Source: Vicugna vicugna (Eukaryota). Taken from it: a DNA stretch of 64,000 bases. Under the pieces are notes generated by a model that saw nothing but the letters and a program-made list of their open reading frames with translations, did not search any database and was not told the DNA's origin. Position 1 is the stretch's first letter; each line of letters starts with the position of its first letter. Of the stretch, positions 26,321 through 38,419 are shown one piece after another. The stretch is from positions 62,001 to 126,000 of the forward strand of contig MU058241.1 of the NCBI GenBank assembly GCA_013265495.1, given 5' to 3'. Made by a program: the position numbers and the translations under genes.

Positions 26321-26476
26321 GGGTAGAGGGTATATAGTTCAGTAGTAGAGTTCTTGCTTAGCAGGCAGGAGGTCCTGGGTTCAATCTCCAGCACCTCCAT
26401 TAAAAATAAATAAAAAATTAAATAAAAAAAAAGAAATAAACCTAATTACCTCCCCCCAAAACAAATTTAAAAAAAA
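26321..26476 (+). mobile_element. tRNA-Ala-derived SINE (vic-1-like)
   Basis: GGTCCTGGGTTCAATCTCCAGCACCTCC, AATAAA repeats, AATAAACCTAATTACCTCCCCCC tail. Confidence 0.88.
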
Positions 26477-27466
26477 TCTCTTAATTAAGAACATTTCTAA
26501 CAGGCAATTTCAACGGTTTTTTTCGGGGGGGGGGAGCAACCTTTGTCCTGTGACAAGTCTATGCATTTTTCCTTCACAGTTAGCAAGTGAATTGGAAATA
26601 CTGAGGAGAAGGAGGAGAGGATTCTGGCAAGGACTTGGATTATCAGGAAATTTGGCAAAAAAGCAACAAAACATCAAACCCCAGACAATGCTGCTAGCTC
26701 CTAGGATTTGTATTCTCTAAGCCAACAGGAAAGAAAGAGAGTGTGCAGAAGTTCTAATGGAGGACTTTCCTTCAGTAAGAATTGTGACTCTCCAATAAGA
26801 ACCTCTCCATATTGCTTATCTCTTTATGAACATTGAATAAAATATGTTTAGCAATCCTAACATAGAATGGCTACCAAGAATGGCTGTTATAGCAAGAACC
26901 TTTCAAACTGGAAAAGAGAAAACTTGTATGAAATTGTTTTTTTATGATGAATTACATTAAAATCATTCTGAGCTGTTTTAATAGTATGTTTTCATGGAGA
27001 CACAATTTGGTCCCAATTACTCTGAAGGTGGTCAAGAACGGTTACCTACGGAAGTGACAGGATACTGATTGAAAGAGGCAGATATAACTGATTTTGGTGA
27101 AAGTCTATTCACATTCACTGACTCTGAGGTGATCTGCCTTTAATACCCTCAGAAGACTACAACCTGGTCTTCAAGAACACAAGCAATTTTACATTCACCT
27201 GTGAAAGCATTTATGTCCATTTCTGGGAGTTGTGTGCATTGAGCTTTCGTTATTTTCCTACTGAGGACTTAAAACAAAAATTAATTCCTTTTTAACAGGC
27301 ATGCCTGCTTGTGGTATAAAATTCAAAACATCCAAATAGTGAGAAGCAAGTCTCCTGCTGCCTCATGTCTGAGACACCCAGCTGCTCTCCGCTCGGACAA
27401 CCTAGGTTGGTGTGTATCCTTTCAGAGATTTCTTTAAAGGGAGAGGGGGCGTTTATAAACATTTAT

Positions 27467-27840
27467 GTGTGGTAGAGATCACTAGCACTGTTTCTGCTTC
27501 CTTCGGGCTCGAAGCTGGATGGCATTCCCTGCCTCCCCTGCAGCTGTACGAGGACCCCTGACAGACCTGGCCAGTGAATACAGAGGAGGGGGTGCTCTAT
27601 GGCTCTCCCAGACTCTGCTCCTGGAGCCTGGAGCACCCGTCAGACCTGCCCCACCATCTCCCTCCTTCCCTGTCAGACTGCGGAATGCAGATGCTGGTGA
27701 ATGGCAGAGCCCAAGATGGAAGAGATCTGGGTCCCTAATTGACTGTGTGAAGCACCACCTCCTCTCCCCACCTCCAGTGACTCTAACTGGATGGTCTCGC
27801 AAGGCTAACTGGTGCTGGTTTCCTCTACTAGTCAACTCAC
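27467..27840 (+). mobile_element. MLT1J-like LTR
   Basis: TGTGGTAGAG start, GCATTCCCTGCCTCCCCTGCAG, GGCAGAGCCCAAGATGGAAGAGATCTGGGTCCCTAATTGACTGTGTG. Confidence 0.6.
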
Positions 27841-30309
27841 CCTATAGGTTCTCAACTGGGGATGCACCTTGCTGAGTTTCTAAAATGCATCTTCCTTTCA
27901 GCAGGCCGAACAGCTGCAATTCCACACTCCAGGAGATTAACAGCCCTCCTAAAAATCTTACCGCAGGGTGTTTTAGAACCTAGCCCCCTGCTTGGCATCC
28001 ATGGGTTAATTGGTGTGACTGGGGTCCTTTTACGCTGGTCTTGCGATTTCTCTGCAGCCCTGGAAGTCGGCTATTTTTGGCAGCTGTCCTTGGCTGACGT
28101 TCCCCTGCACCCTCAGATCCTTATGAAAAGTGACTCTACGTGCAAAGACATCCAGCTAACGCATACCCGGGTGTACCGGAGAGCCTGGGGGCTGTGCCGC
28201 CAACCTGAGGCAAATAAAACCTGATCTGCCTGACCTTGAGTTGGTTTACTATGTGTCTCTTTCTTATCCAGAGAATCTCCAAGGAGTCCTGTGCTTTGAA
28301 CAGTGCATCCTCAAATCAGACACAAATCTCTGAGTAGTAAGAATAGGAGAGATGTTGCGATTTTTCTTTATGCGTCTCATCCGAGTGTTCCTGCGGAGTC
28401 CCTTGACATTTCTTCTTTGATGACTTGAAATAATGATGGAGAACGAGAAGCCATGGGGACAAGGGAGAGGAAAAGAAAGACCAGCCACCATGAGACTCTG
28501 GGGAAGAGGCAAGCTTGTTCCTGTGCCTCCCACACTTGTTTGGTTTGTTTGTTTCACAGAAGCTTTGTCCCACTGGACTGCCAGGAAGTCTTCTGCTGGA
28601 GGGTGGGATGGAGCAGTGAGGGCACCACCTCTGCCAAGTGTGTAGGCTACAAAGTGGCTCTGAGGACCCCGAAGGCTTGAGGGACTTTACACAATGAAAT
28701 ACTGGCCCTGTTATGCATGCAGTGGGTTTCACTTCCTGTTCATTTCCCTGAAACACTTGCCAGGTTGTCGACCGTTATCACCATCTTGCAGAATTTATGA
28801 AAGCTTCTAAGCAGTTATCTGTACCACCTTTCTATTTTCTTCCTATTTTGCCTTAAATTTTTTTCTTTTGCATTTAGGGCTCCTGGTGCTCTTGTATTTT
28901 AAAATGTATTTGTAGTTTAAATGAATCCAATACATCATCCGTGACAAAAAATTTCAGGGAAAGAAGGCAAAGTTTTGCCAGATGGGATCCTTCCAAAAAC
29001 AAATGTGCTGATAAAACAAGGACCAGCTCCTCCTCTTGAGTGTCCTGGGGCTAACGGATGCATGGCTTGTGAACAGACGTGACAGGAAGACGGTGTTCTT
29101 GACACTCGGAAACAAACGTCCATCGTGTCCATGGCAAACTAATTACCCCTCCCCCAAAGAAAGATGTTTGCAACTACAGTGAAAGAATTGATCACATTAG
29201 CAGATTTCTGTCTCAGGAATATAACAAAAGCATTTTACACGCGGAGGACTTTCTAAAGTTAAAAAAGTCACCTCCTAAGAAGACAGGAATGTGTTTCCTG
29301 AGCATAAGGTATTTGCTTTTGGAGTCTTCTCTCCTATGGGATATCAGAATTGTAAACAGGGAGAGCACAAATCGTGTCTGTGTAATACTTGTCTCAGGAG
29401 GTGGAGAAGCTGGACGGAGTAGTGTGTGGTGCTCCCGAATGTGCACCTCGAACTCAGGGTGGCCAGAGAGGTGAGTTTAGAGCTAGGAACCAGGTACCCA
29501 CGCCATCATGATGCTGCTGCGTGACTCCACGCCTCTGCGGTGGGTGGGGACGCCTTTAGACGCGGTGTGTCTGTGGCCTGGTTTTCCCGCCAAGGATGTC
29601 TAGGAACAAGCCCAGCAGCTAGAACAGGAACGGGTTCATCCTGCTTCTGGGAAGAGTGTGTGTTGTTCACCATTGCCTGGGGCCAGAACTTGGACTGGGC
29701 AGTGCTGCTCCAAGTCTGGGTGTGTCAGGTCAGCTGGGGTGTCGGTTACAAAGGCAGATGCCCAAGATGTCAGCCTTGGAGTTCCGGTCCTTGGGGCAGG
29801 GCACATTGCAGTGCAGGAGGTTCAAGGTCCCTACGCCAAGAAACACTGGACAAGAAGTGACAGATTCTGGTGACAATCCTTTACCATCACTCTTTCCCAT
29901 TTAATCCACACTGCTTAGGCCCTTTCAGACTCCTGGCAAGTGACGTCATTATATGTCAAGCAAGGGACAACCTGAGTTTGTGAAATGTGCATATTTTGGC
30001 CACAACATAAAACACAACTCCTTAGTTCTTTTTTGGCTGTTTTACATATCAATCAAGAGATAACACGGCAGGAACTACAAGATAAGGAAGCTGATTTTTA
30101 AAAATGGACACTGTGTGTTTTCATTGTACAGAGACTAACAATGTGAAAAAAGAATCTGGCAATTAAGAAAAACAAAGGTGCCTGAAATGTTAATTCTGTT
30201 TCTAAAAGAACAAATTATTTGGGCACTCATTGCATCTCATGATTTGGGAAATGTCTTCTTTACCCTTTCCTTAGTTATGTAAAGGATTGGCTGGTGCTTT
30301 AGAGGGAAG

Positions 30310-30787
30310 CAGGCAGCTTCATGGCCTTGTGACACTTCAGTGGCAGGTGGCCCATGCTCAGATGGGGCCCTGGCTTGGGGTTTCATACTCTGAAACCGCC
30401 ATATTGACAGCCTTAATGATTAATCTGAGTGTGTTTTGACAGTGCAGTCCGAGGACAAGGGAGCATGGAGGTGGGGCTGGGGGGGGGTCCCCAGGATGGG
30501 TCTCTGCAGCCCACTTCCCTGCCCCACCCAGGACTGCGGCTACCCTCTGTCCTGGGGGTGGGGAGTGATGGTCTGGGTCATCAGGCATGCGCCCTACTTG
30601 GGGAGTCATGGGACCCTGGCACCTGTGAGTATCTCTGTGCCCAAAGAAGTATGACACTGAAAGTAAAAACACAAAGACAGGTCACGAGAGACTGTGGAAG
30701 AAAGGAAGCTTCCTTGTCCTGCTTTTGAACAAAGGCCCCTCCATTTCCATTCTGTGCTACGGCTCACGTATTACGAAGCATGTCCCT
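30310..30787 (+). mobile_element. MER115/MER91-family hAT-Tip100 element
   Basis: CAGCTTCATGG..GGCCCATGCTCAGATGGGGCCC 5' part, GC-rich middle, ACAGGTCACGAGAGACTGTGGAAGAAAGGAA..CCTGCTTTTGAACAAAGGCCCC 3' part. Confidence 0.7.
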
Positions 30788-31510
30788 CTGGAAGTCACGT
30801 ATGGACATGTCTTTACATGGCAGTGCATTGTAGGCAGAACCGAGAAAGGGAAAGAGGATGACTCATTTCCCCAAGAACAATTCAGAAGGAAAGAATCCAA
30901 GGGCCAGTGTCTGTTCTGAAATTCCTAACATAGTTCTAGAAACGCTGTAATTAAAAAAAACCCCAAAAACTCCACTGATGCTCTGTCTAGTTTTAAAAAC
31001 CCCTCAGCGTTATCTGTTTTCCCTGGGACAGCTCTGTGCAGATACAAGCTTGGATGGCATCGTGCCTGACGGCGCCCTGTCACGCAGAAGTGACAAACTG
31101 TTCCTGACCGGGCCACAGCTTGTCCCTGACTGCAGGCAGCTCTTCTGGTATTTGAGGGGGTTTGGAGGCACAGCTCCAGTGAGGGAAGGGAGTACGTGAT
31201 CCCCAAAGGGAGGAACCCGCACTGGCCTGGCTGGAAGGCAGAAAGGAACTAAGGACGTGCCAAGCTGTGAGCAGGGGGAGCTCTGTGGACCCCTGCAAAC
31301 AAGTGCCTGAGACTTGGCGGGGGTCGTGTCTCTGCTAACTTTACTGAATGCACCGCCTCCAACCGAATCAGACGCCTTGTACCGGATGGTTGTTCTTCCG
31401 GTGGGCCTGCCCCAGCTTTCCTCTACAAGTACCCGGGAGGGTGGGCTTGGGTCTCTCTCTCCCATCTCAACAAGACAAATTGCTCTCTGCATTAAACAAG
31501 ACTGAAGGAG

Positions 31511-31766
31511 TGGAGGGCTAATTTAGGCGTTTGGGATTAACATATACGCACTCCTATATATACACAACAAAACAACAAAGACCTACTGTATGGCACAAGT
31601 AACTATATTCAATATCCTGTAATAAGCTATAATGGAAAAAATCCGAAAAAGAAGGCATGTATGTAAATAACTGAATCACTTCGCTGTACACCTGAAACTA
31701 ACACTATCTCACTAAATCAACAATACTGCAGTTAAAAAATGGTTAAAAAATTTTAAATTTAAAAAA
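31511..31766 (+). mobile_element. Cetartiodactyl-type L1 3' terminus (5'-truncated)
   Basis: TTTGGGATTAAC..AACAACAAAGACCTACTGTA..AACTATATTCAATATC..ATAACTGAATCACTTCGCTGTACACCTGAAACTAACAC followed by an A-rich tail. Confidence 0.85.
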
Positions 31767-31855
31767 CGAGATGGAAAACTATTTCAAAAAAGTGTAATTT
31801 TTTAATATAGTTGAAAATCAGCAAAGCAAAGCCAGACTTCTGTATACTCTTAAAT

Positions 31856-32045
31856 CAGTGTTTCTCAACTGGGGTGATTTTGCTCCCCCCAGGGGACATG
31901 TACAATGTCTGGAGACATTTGAGTTGTCACAACTGGGGGCAGGGGGTGCTCCTGGCATCTACTGGGTGGAGATGGGGGATACTGCTCAACATCCTTCCTT
32001 GCACAAGGCCTGATCCAGCCCCAAATGCCAACAGTGCCAGAGTTG
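31856..32045 (+). mobile_element. MER20 MITE
   Basis: CAGTGTTTCTCAACTGGGGTGATTTTGCTCCCCCAGGGGACAT..AATGTCTGGAGACATTT..GTTGTCACAACTGGGG. Confidence 0.88.
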
Positions 32046-33219
32046 TCATAAATGAAAAAATATTTTTATAAAAGTGTTCCTGAGTTCCATCCCCCTTAGC
32101 AATAATCTAGCATTATTTCTTCTCTAGGAGAAGCCTCCATGAATCAAAATTCAGAAAATTAACTTACAGGAAAATGCCTCCCCAAAGAAAAACCTACAAG
32201 GCATAATAAAGAGAAACCCGGAGTTCTCCAAGTGGTTGCCAGGGGAGCAAAGTGAGGAAATTGCAGCAGAAGTGCATCAGGAATGAACAAAGGGGTGAAT
32301 CAGGACCCCGGCCTTGGCTACACATGACAATCCCCAGGGAGCTTTAAAAAATTCCAATGGGTGGGCCACATCCCAGACAACGATTAAACCCAAGGACCTG
32401 GGGTGGGGGTGGGATTCGGGCAGTAGACCTTTTTTTTAAAGCCTAGGGAACATGTGACTTAGCTGTGGGAGTGAGTGGGGTCAGAGTAGGAAACACAGGC
32501 CCACGGTCTGCATCATGGGTGGTTTCTGAGTTATCAAATGAGAAAGAACGAGTCAGAGCAGGGCTGGCGAGGAGGAACTTTCCAAAGGAGCAGAAGGCAG
32601 GGCAGGAGGTGGGGAGCTGCATGGGGGAGGCCCCAGGCGGATGTGAGCAGATAGGCCAAATGGCAGGAGGAGGGACCAACACGGGGAGCTCACTGCAGCC
32701 AAGGTGCACCGAGCAGGGAGCCAGGCCCGTGTCCTTCTTGGGCTGAGGCTGTGGTGTGGGCAGAGGGGGCCTTCATTTCAGAACCGTTTGAACCAAAGCC
32801 AAAGGAAGCAACCTCAGGCCCAAATAACAAAGACCCACAGTCCCCTGAGGACCAGCCATGGGCGGAGGAAACTGGTTCAAACTAGGGGGATTGATTGGGG
32901 TTCATAGGGATACAAGAAATAACCTTTTATGTGAGTTAAGCTGATGATTGCCGATAAAAATCCACTGAGCACATATCAGTCCTTGGCTAAATACAGGTAA
33001 GGCAGTTGAGCATCTCCCTCACAAGCTGAGTCAGCTGGGGACCCACACTGCCTGCACTGGATCAGTAGTAGAGAAGGGGAAGGCATCAAGGAGAAGAAGA
33101 AGAGGCAGGAACAAGGTCACGTCACCGGTTACGTAGAGAGCCCCCTCAGCCTTATTTCAGAGTTAACTACAAGACCTGATGAGTGGATTTGAATCCACAG
33201 GAAACGTTCCCAGAGTGGG

Positions 33220-33402
33220 GATCAGAGTTTCTAGGCCCTGGCACCATGGCTCTTAGGGCCCTGATGCTCTCTGCTGTGAGGCATCCTGTGCACCGCAGGA
33301 TGGCGAGCAGCGCCCCTGGCTTCCAAACTAGGTGCCAGCAGCACCCTCTGACCATTTGTGTGTGACAACCAAAAGGCCTCCATGTATTGCCTAACACCCC
33401 CG
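33220..33402 (-). mobile_element. MER20 MITE (degenerate)
   Basis: CATCCTGTGCACCGCAGGATGGCGAGCAGCGCCCCTGGC..GTGACAACCAAAA..CATGTATTGCC. Confidence 0.7.
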
Positions 33403-33994
33403 AGGATCAGTATTTTCTAACCTGGGGAGGGTCGCCCAGATAATTAGCTGGTTGGGAATTCAAAGGAGCAGCTGTTGACCAGCACTGAGAAAATGAAAGT
33501 GGACAAAGGAGAAAAGTACAGTTGTCACACATGGCAAGGGTACAGGTGATCCCATGAGCATTTGGTTTCGGTCACATATGTAAAAGTGTAGGTCCTGGTT
33601 TCAATGGGAAATGTGCCTCTGACTGTGGGTGGTGGTCTATCTGTAGAGAAGGAAACACATCAGAGCTCAGCTAAGTTTGGGGAGGTTAGTTGGAGGAAAG
33701 GCTGCAGGAAGCCTCAGAGATTGGGGGTTAACTGCATAAATCTCCAGCAAGATCAATTCATGGATTATTTTGTAGGGTGTTTGGGAAAGGCGGCCAAGCC
33801 CATCATCACAAAGCTCCTCGGGCAGAATGCAGGAAGACAAACAAGACCAGAAGGGCTGAGCTCCAGGGTATGCTAGTTTTGGGGTGGTTTATTTGGAAGG
33901 TATTCTGTCTTAAACAGTTCTGTGTTAGGGCCTGCTTTTCACCTAGAGACAGTGCCTGCAAAACCAGTGTTATACACTATTGCATTAAAAAATC

Positions 33995-34520
33995 GTTTTA
34001 CAGGGATACAATTTGCATGCCATAAAACCCACCCACTGTAAGTGCACAATTCAGTGTTGTTATTTCTTAGCATATTCAGAGTTGTGCAACCATGACTACA
34101 AACTAGTTTTAAAACATTCCCATCACCCCAAAAAGAAACGTAGCACTGATGATCCGCCACTTCCCACCCTTCCCCTCCTATAGCTGGCAAAAACCAACAA
34201 CCACTTAGCTACCTCCTGTCTCTATAGGTCAGTCTTTTCTGGACACTTCATAGACATGGAATCAAACAACAGGCTGCCTTTCCTGTCCCAGCATAATGTC
34301 TCTGTGGTGCGACGACGTTGTAGCATGAATCAGTACTTCATTTCCTTTTGTGGCTGAATCATATTCCACTGTATAGGCAGATCACATTCTGTTATCCATG
34401 CATCTGTTGATGGACATCTGGGTTGTTTCCACTTCATGACTTTTATGAATAATGCTTCTGTGGATATTCATCGAGAAGTGTGTGTGGATGGATGTCTTCT
34501 TTTCTCTTGGGTAGATACAT
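33995..34520 (-). mobile_element. L1MB-like 3' fragment
   Basis: CACAATTCAGTG..TAGCATATTCAGAGTTGTGCAACCAT..CATCACCCCAAAAAGAAAC..TGATGGACATCTGGGTTGTTTCCAC. Confidence 0.85.
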
Positions 34521-35899
34521 ACGACCGGTCACACTATAACACTGAAGTCGTTGACTCAAACAAGAAACCCAGTCTGTGAGTGTTCGGCAGACATACAAGA
34601 CTGGCTCTGGGATTATTATGTTCTTGACTAGAGAGACAGAAGTTGAAGGTCTAGCTCTGTGAAATGAAAGGCTGTGCCCTGTTCTCACATCTCTCCTGTA
34701 TAGTTCACGCTTAAGTGCGGGGAGAAGTGACTCGGGGGAAAGAATTGCTCACAAAGTACAGGTGATGGTGTGATGGGCACCAGAAGAGCGAGTCCTTCAG
34801 CCCATCACTCTGATGCCTCCCTGGCCTGCGGAATTTCTCTATCAGGCAGGGACTGCTGTCTTTTCTCTGTGATGCCTCCTTGTCCCACATCGTTTTGTGC
34901 CTTTATTCTAAAGTCACTAAGTTCATATATAATCAGCGATAACCATCATGCATGTAAAATGTGCGTGTGTGTGTATATAGACAAAAGCTATGTATTTAGC
35001 AGAGAGCCCAAAAGAAGGGAAAGTTTCCCACTCCTCACCATGAACATTTAGGCTTTGTTGGACATCCTAGGGACGTGGAAGGCAGTGCTTTGGGAGAGGG
35101 AGTTTCCCATCAGGGATCCTTCCAGGACCAGGGTATTCAGGTATGTGTGGTGCTCTCCAGGCACCTGGAGCATCCTCCATGCGACACCACCCCCACCCCA
35201 GGCGAACCTCTTTTCTGCTCTGAGGTCTCAAAGGACAGGAAGCAGCTCTTGGCTTGGAAACTTGGCAAATGTTTTTTCTACCTTTAACTCTGGAAGGCTT
35301 CAAATAGGAATTCCAAACAACCCCAAAGCAAGCAGACAACATACGCATGTCAGGAGGAAACTGCATTCACTGTTTGCACTTTCAGTAGTGAGTACTTGTG
35401 TAACTACACAAGGGGTAATTTTATAGTTCTTCAGGGTTAACGAAGAATGATGTTTCACAGTGGGGGAATGGTTAATATACTCTGGCATTTAAAACTCCAT
35501 ATGTGGAATTTTCAGCCATCATTAAAAGTATGCCTTTGAAAAATAGTGACCTAGAAAAGTATTTTTAAGGCTAGATAACAAAATCAGAATGCTAAGCTAT
35601 TTAGACAGTGTGAGCCCATTATTATTCACCACCCCTCTAGGCTCAACTCCCATGTTTGGATGGAACATTTTTTTCTGCAGAGAAAAACGACAGGCATGTC
35701 ATGCATGCAAACACTAACACCGGTTTTCTCAAGGAATCTTCATTTTATTGGCCAGAACATTGGCTACGCTTCGCTTTATATTAGGAAGAGTATCCATTAT
35801 TTAACATTAAGCGGTAAAGCCACTGTAAAGTGGCAAAGATTTCATCAGATGGCTGAAGAATGAACCCGAGCACATCTGATAACTTCGTGAATCATGTCT

Positions 35900-36655
35900 C
35901 GCCATGACGACTGTAGCAGAGGCTTCAAAGGTTACTACATTCAGGGCGCGCCTGACCCAGGGCAGGCAGCGCACAGCACTTCCAAGCACCAGCCTCCCGC
36001 GCGGTCCTACTGGGAGTTTAATTATAGGGCTGCATAGTGGGGAGCGGTTCTCAAACTTCACCCTTTTGACATTCAGCAGAAATTCAGAGAAACCTTCCTG
36101 TGTCCCCCGACAGGACGGAGAGCCCTAAAGGTTTGGGCGCGATTTTCCCTCCCCTAGCTCCTCCACCTTTGCTTCTCAGTGCTCCCTCCAGGCCTTCTGC
36201 CTCCAGGAGCTTCCCCTTTATCTTTGGCCCCGACGTCCATCTATCCCTAGTCCCTCCCGCCGCTCTGCCGCTCTGCCGCTCCGCCGAAGCCCAACCCCTC
36301 TGCTGTCCCTTTCTGTTTCTCTGCAGCACCTCCAAGGGCCTAGGATCCCCAGGAGGAAACGGTGAGCCCGAGCTGTGTTTTGTCAGCAGAGCATTTCGAG
36401 AGCAGGGCAGGCGTGTGGGGAGGGGGAGGGGAGCTGCGAGTGCGCCGCTCTTCGAAGGTCGTCGGTAACTCCTTCCCGGCGGCGCTGGGCGCTGGCGTTG
36501 ACCTCTTAACAAAGAACAGGTTCGGCGGCCGCCCCTCCCCCGCCCGAGAGGACGAGGGGGCCACGTGACCTTTCCAGGCTCGCCCCGCCCCCACCGCGAA
36601 GGGCTGGGGGAGGGGTTGTGGGGGAGGGGATAAGGAAAGAGGAGGAGGGAGCCTG
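35900..36655. promoter_or_regulatory. CpG island / promoter-like region (gene unidentified)
   Basis: The only extended CpG-dense, GC-rich stretch in the window (GCGCGC, CGCGCGG, GCGGCCGC). Contains GC boxes (36532-36545, 36583-36591) and E-box GCCACGTGAC (36560-36569); ATTGG (reverse CCAAT) twice just upstream at 35747 and 35759. Confidence 0.8.
36259..36286. repeat. 8-bp tandem repeat (GCCGCTCT)x3.5
   Basis: GCCGCTCT GCCGCTCT GCCGCTCC GCCG read directly. Confidence 0.85.
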
Positions 36656-36770
36656 NNNNNNNNNNNNNNNNNNNNNNNNNNNNNNNNNNNNNNNNNNNNN
36701 NNNNNNNNNNNNNNNNNNNNNNNNNNNNNNNNNNNNNNNNNNNNNNNNNNNNNNNNNNNNNNNNNNNNNN
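36656..36770. other. Assembly gap (115 N)
   Basis: Run of N between two G/A-rich low-complexity flanks. Confidence 0.99.
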
Positions 36771-36860
36771 AGGGGAAGAAGAGGGGGTGGGGAGGAGGGG
36801 GAAGGGAGGGAAAGTAGAGGAGGAGGGGGAAGGGAGAAGAGGAAGGAGGGGGATGGGAGG
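36771..36860 (+). repeat. Polypurine (GA-rich) low-complexity tract
   Basis: Almost only G/A on the + strand, with many GGG-GGGGG runs. Confidence 0.9.
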
Positions 36861-38031
36861 CTGAGGACACGGGGGTTGGAACCCCATTCCGGAGACTTAT
36901 TAGGATGCAACTGCCAATTTTTTTTAAGCCAGACTGTATAAATTTACAGTTTCCTTTTCGGCTGAAGCAGACAATGTTAAAACACATTAGATTTTCTGTT
37001 TCGGAATGCAAATTAAACAGATGAGCTCTTGGAAAGCTTAATTAAGGGCTTAAGAAAATATGAGATTTAAAACATGGAGGCTTGAGTAAAGCAGATTTTA
37101 GTCTGGGGGAAATGTGGCCTTTTTAAAAGAAAACTTAAAAAGAAAATTGCTTAATAATAAAACGGCCCAAGCCTTCCTTGAACATAACAGGAAGTCTGCT
37201 TAAAAAAACATTTTTTTAAAAAACCACCACTTGTCCACAGACTGCGAGGGGGTGGGGTTGAGGTGGAGGCTGGGTGTCCTGAGCCCCAACAGCTGAACTG
37301 CCTGCAGGGTCATCACACAGGGACCCCCAAAGTGTGCTCACCTTCCCACCCCTAAGGAGTTGGAATCCAGCAGTCCTGAGCCCTCCCCCTCTAGTCTAGA
37401 AATGACTTTCCTAAATAGCTCCCTTCTGTTCCCTGCTCCCTTCCTCCAGCGCCAAAGCAAAACAACAAAACAACCAACCAGAACAGCCCCCCTCCAAACA
37501 AAAAACAAACAAAACCCACACCAAACTTTGCATCAGCTGTTCTTGCTCACATTATGAGAGTTTTGTGGGCTATTTTCTGCTCTTTTCTTTCCCTTGAGAG
37601 ATACTTAAGGCCTTTAAATGCCATTCTGTGCACACATAACTTAAAAATGGTCTGGCACAGGGGGAAAATCAGCAAATGTATAGTTCACAATCTGTTAGCA
37701 TCTCATGAAGCCAGATTCAGTAAAAGCTTCATTGGATCCTCCAAGCCAGGTTATGCAACGCCTTAAAATCCTTAAAATTGTCTGGGGACTTGTCTGTGGG
37801 AGGGAGAAAGGGGGAGTCACGAGGGAGAAGACAGGATTTGGTGCCATGTGTAAATTTTTTTTGGGGGGGTCTTGCATATGTTTGGGTTTAGTAAGCTGTA
37901 CCATTTCAGTCTATACAGCAAGAATTCTCCCATATTTTAAATTCCTGTGCTTTGCAAATTGGGAAGAAGAAAAAAAAGGCATCACAAAAACCTGCAAGTT
38001 GCTGCAGGGTCTCTGCATTCTGACAGCACAA

Positions 38032-38419
38032 TGGTGGACCGGGTTTGCTAGGACTGCCGGATCCCAGACAAGGCGGCTTCAACAACAGCAATTCCTGTCC
38101 TCACAATCCTGGAGGCCAGAGTCCAAGATCAAGGTGTCGGCAGCACTGGTTTCTCCTGAGGCCTCTCTCCTTGGCTTGTAGACGCCTGTCTTCTTCCCAT
38201 GTCCTCACATGATCTTTCCTCTGTGTGTGTCTGTGTCTTAATCTCCTCTTCTTATAAGGACACCCGTCCTGTTGGATTAGGGCCCACCCTCAGGACTTCA
38301 TTTTAACATAATCACTTCTTTAAAGGTCCCATTTCCAAATACAGTCATGTTCCGGGGTACTGGGAGAGAGGATTTCAACTTATGAATCTTGGGAGGACAA
38401 CACAGTTCAGGTCCTAACA
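38032..38419 (-). mobile_element. MLT1B-like LTR
   Basis: CTGGAGGCCAGAGTCCAAGATCAAGGTGTCGGCAG..TCTTATAAGGACAC..GGATTAGGGCCCACCC..TTCCAAATACAGTCA. Confidence 0.85.

Noticed and set aside
35900..36870. Assigning a gene symbol to the CpG-island promoter
   Set aside because: No coding exon or sequence I can recognise with confidence; naming it would be a guess.
36084..37011. Long ORFs across the CpG island (267, 223, 134, 107 aa)
   Set aside because: Artefacts of the N gap and stop-poor GC/GA-rich low-complexity sequence.
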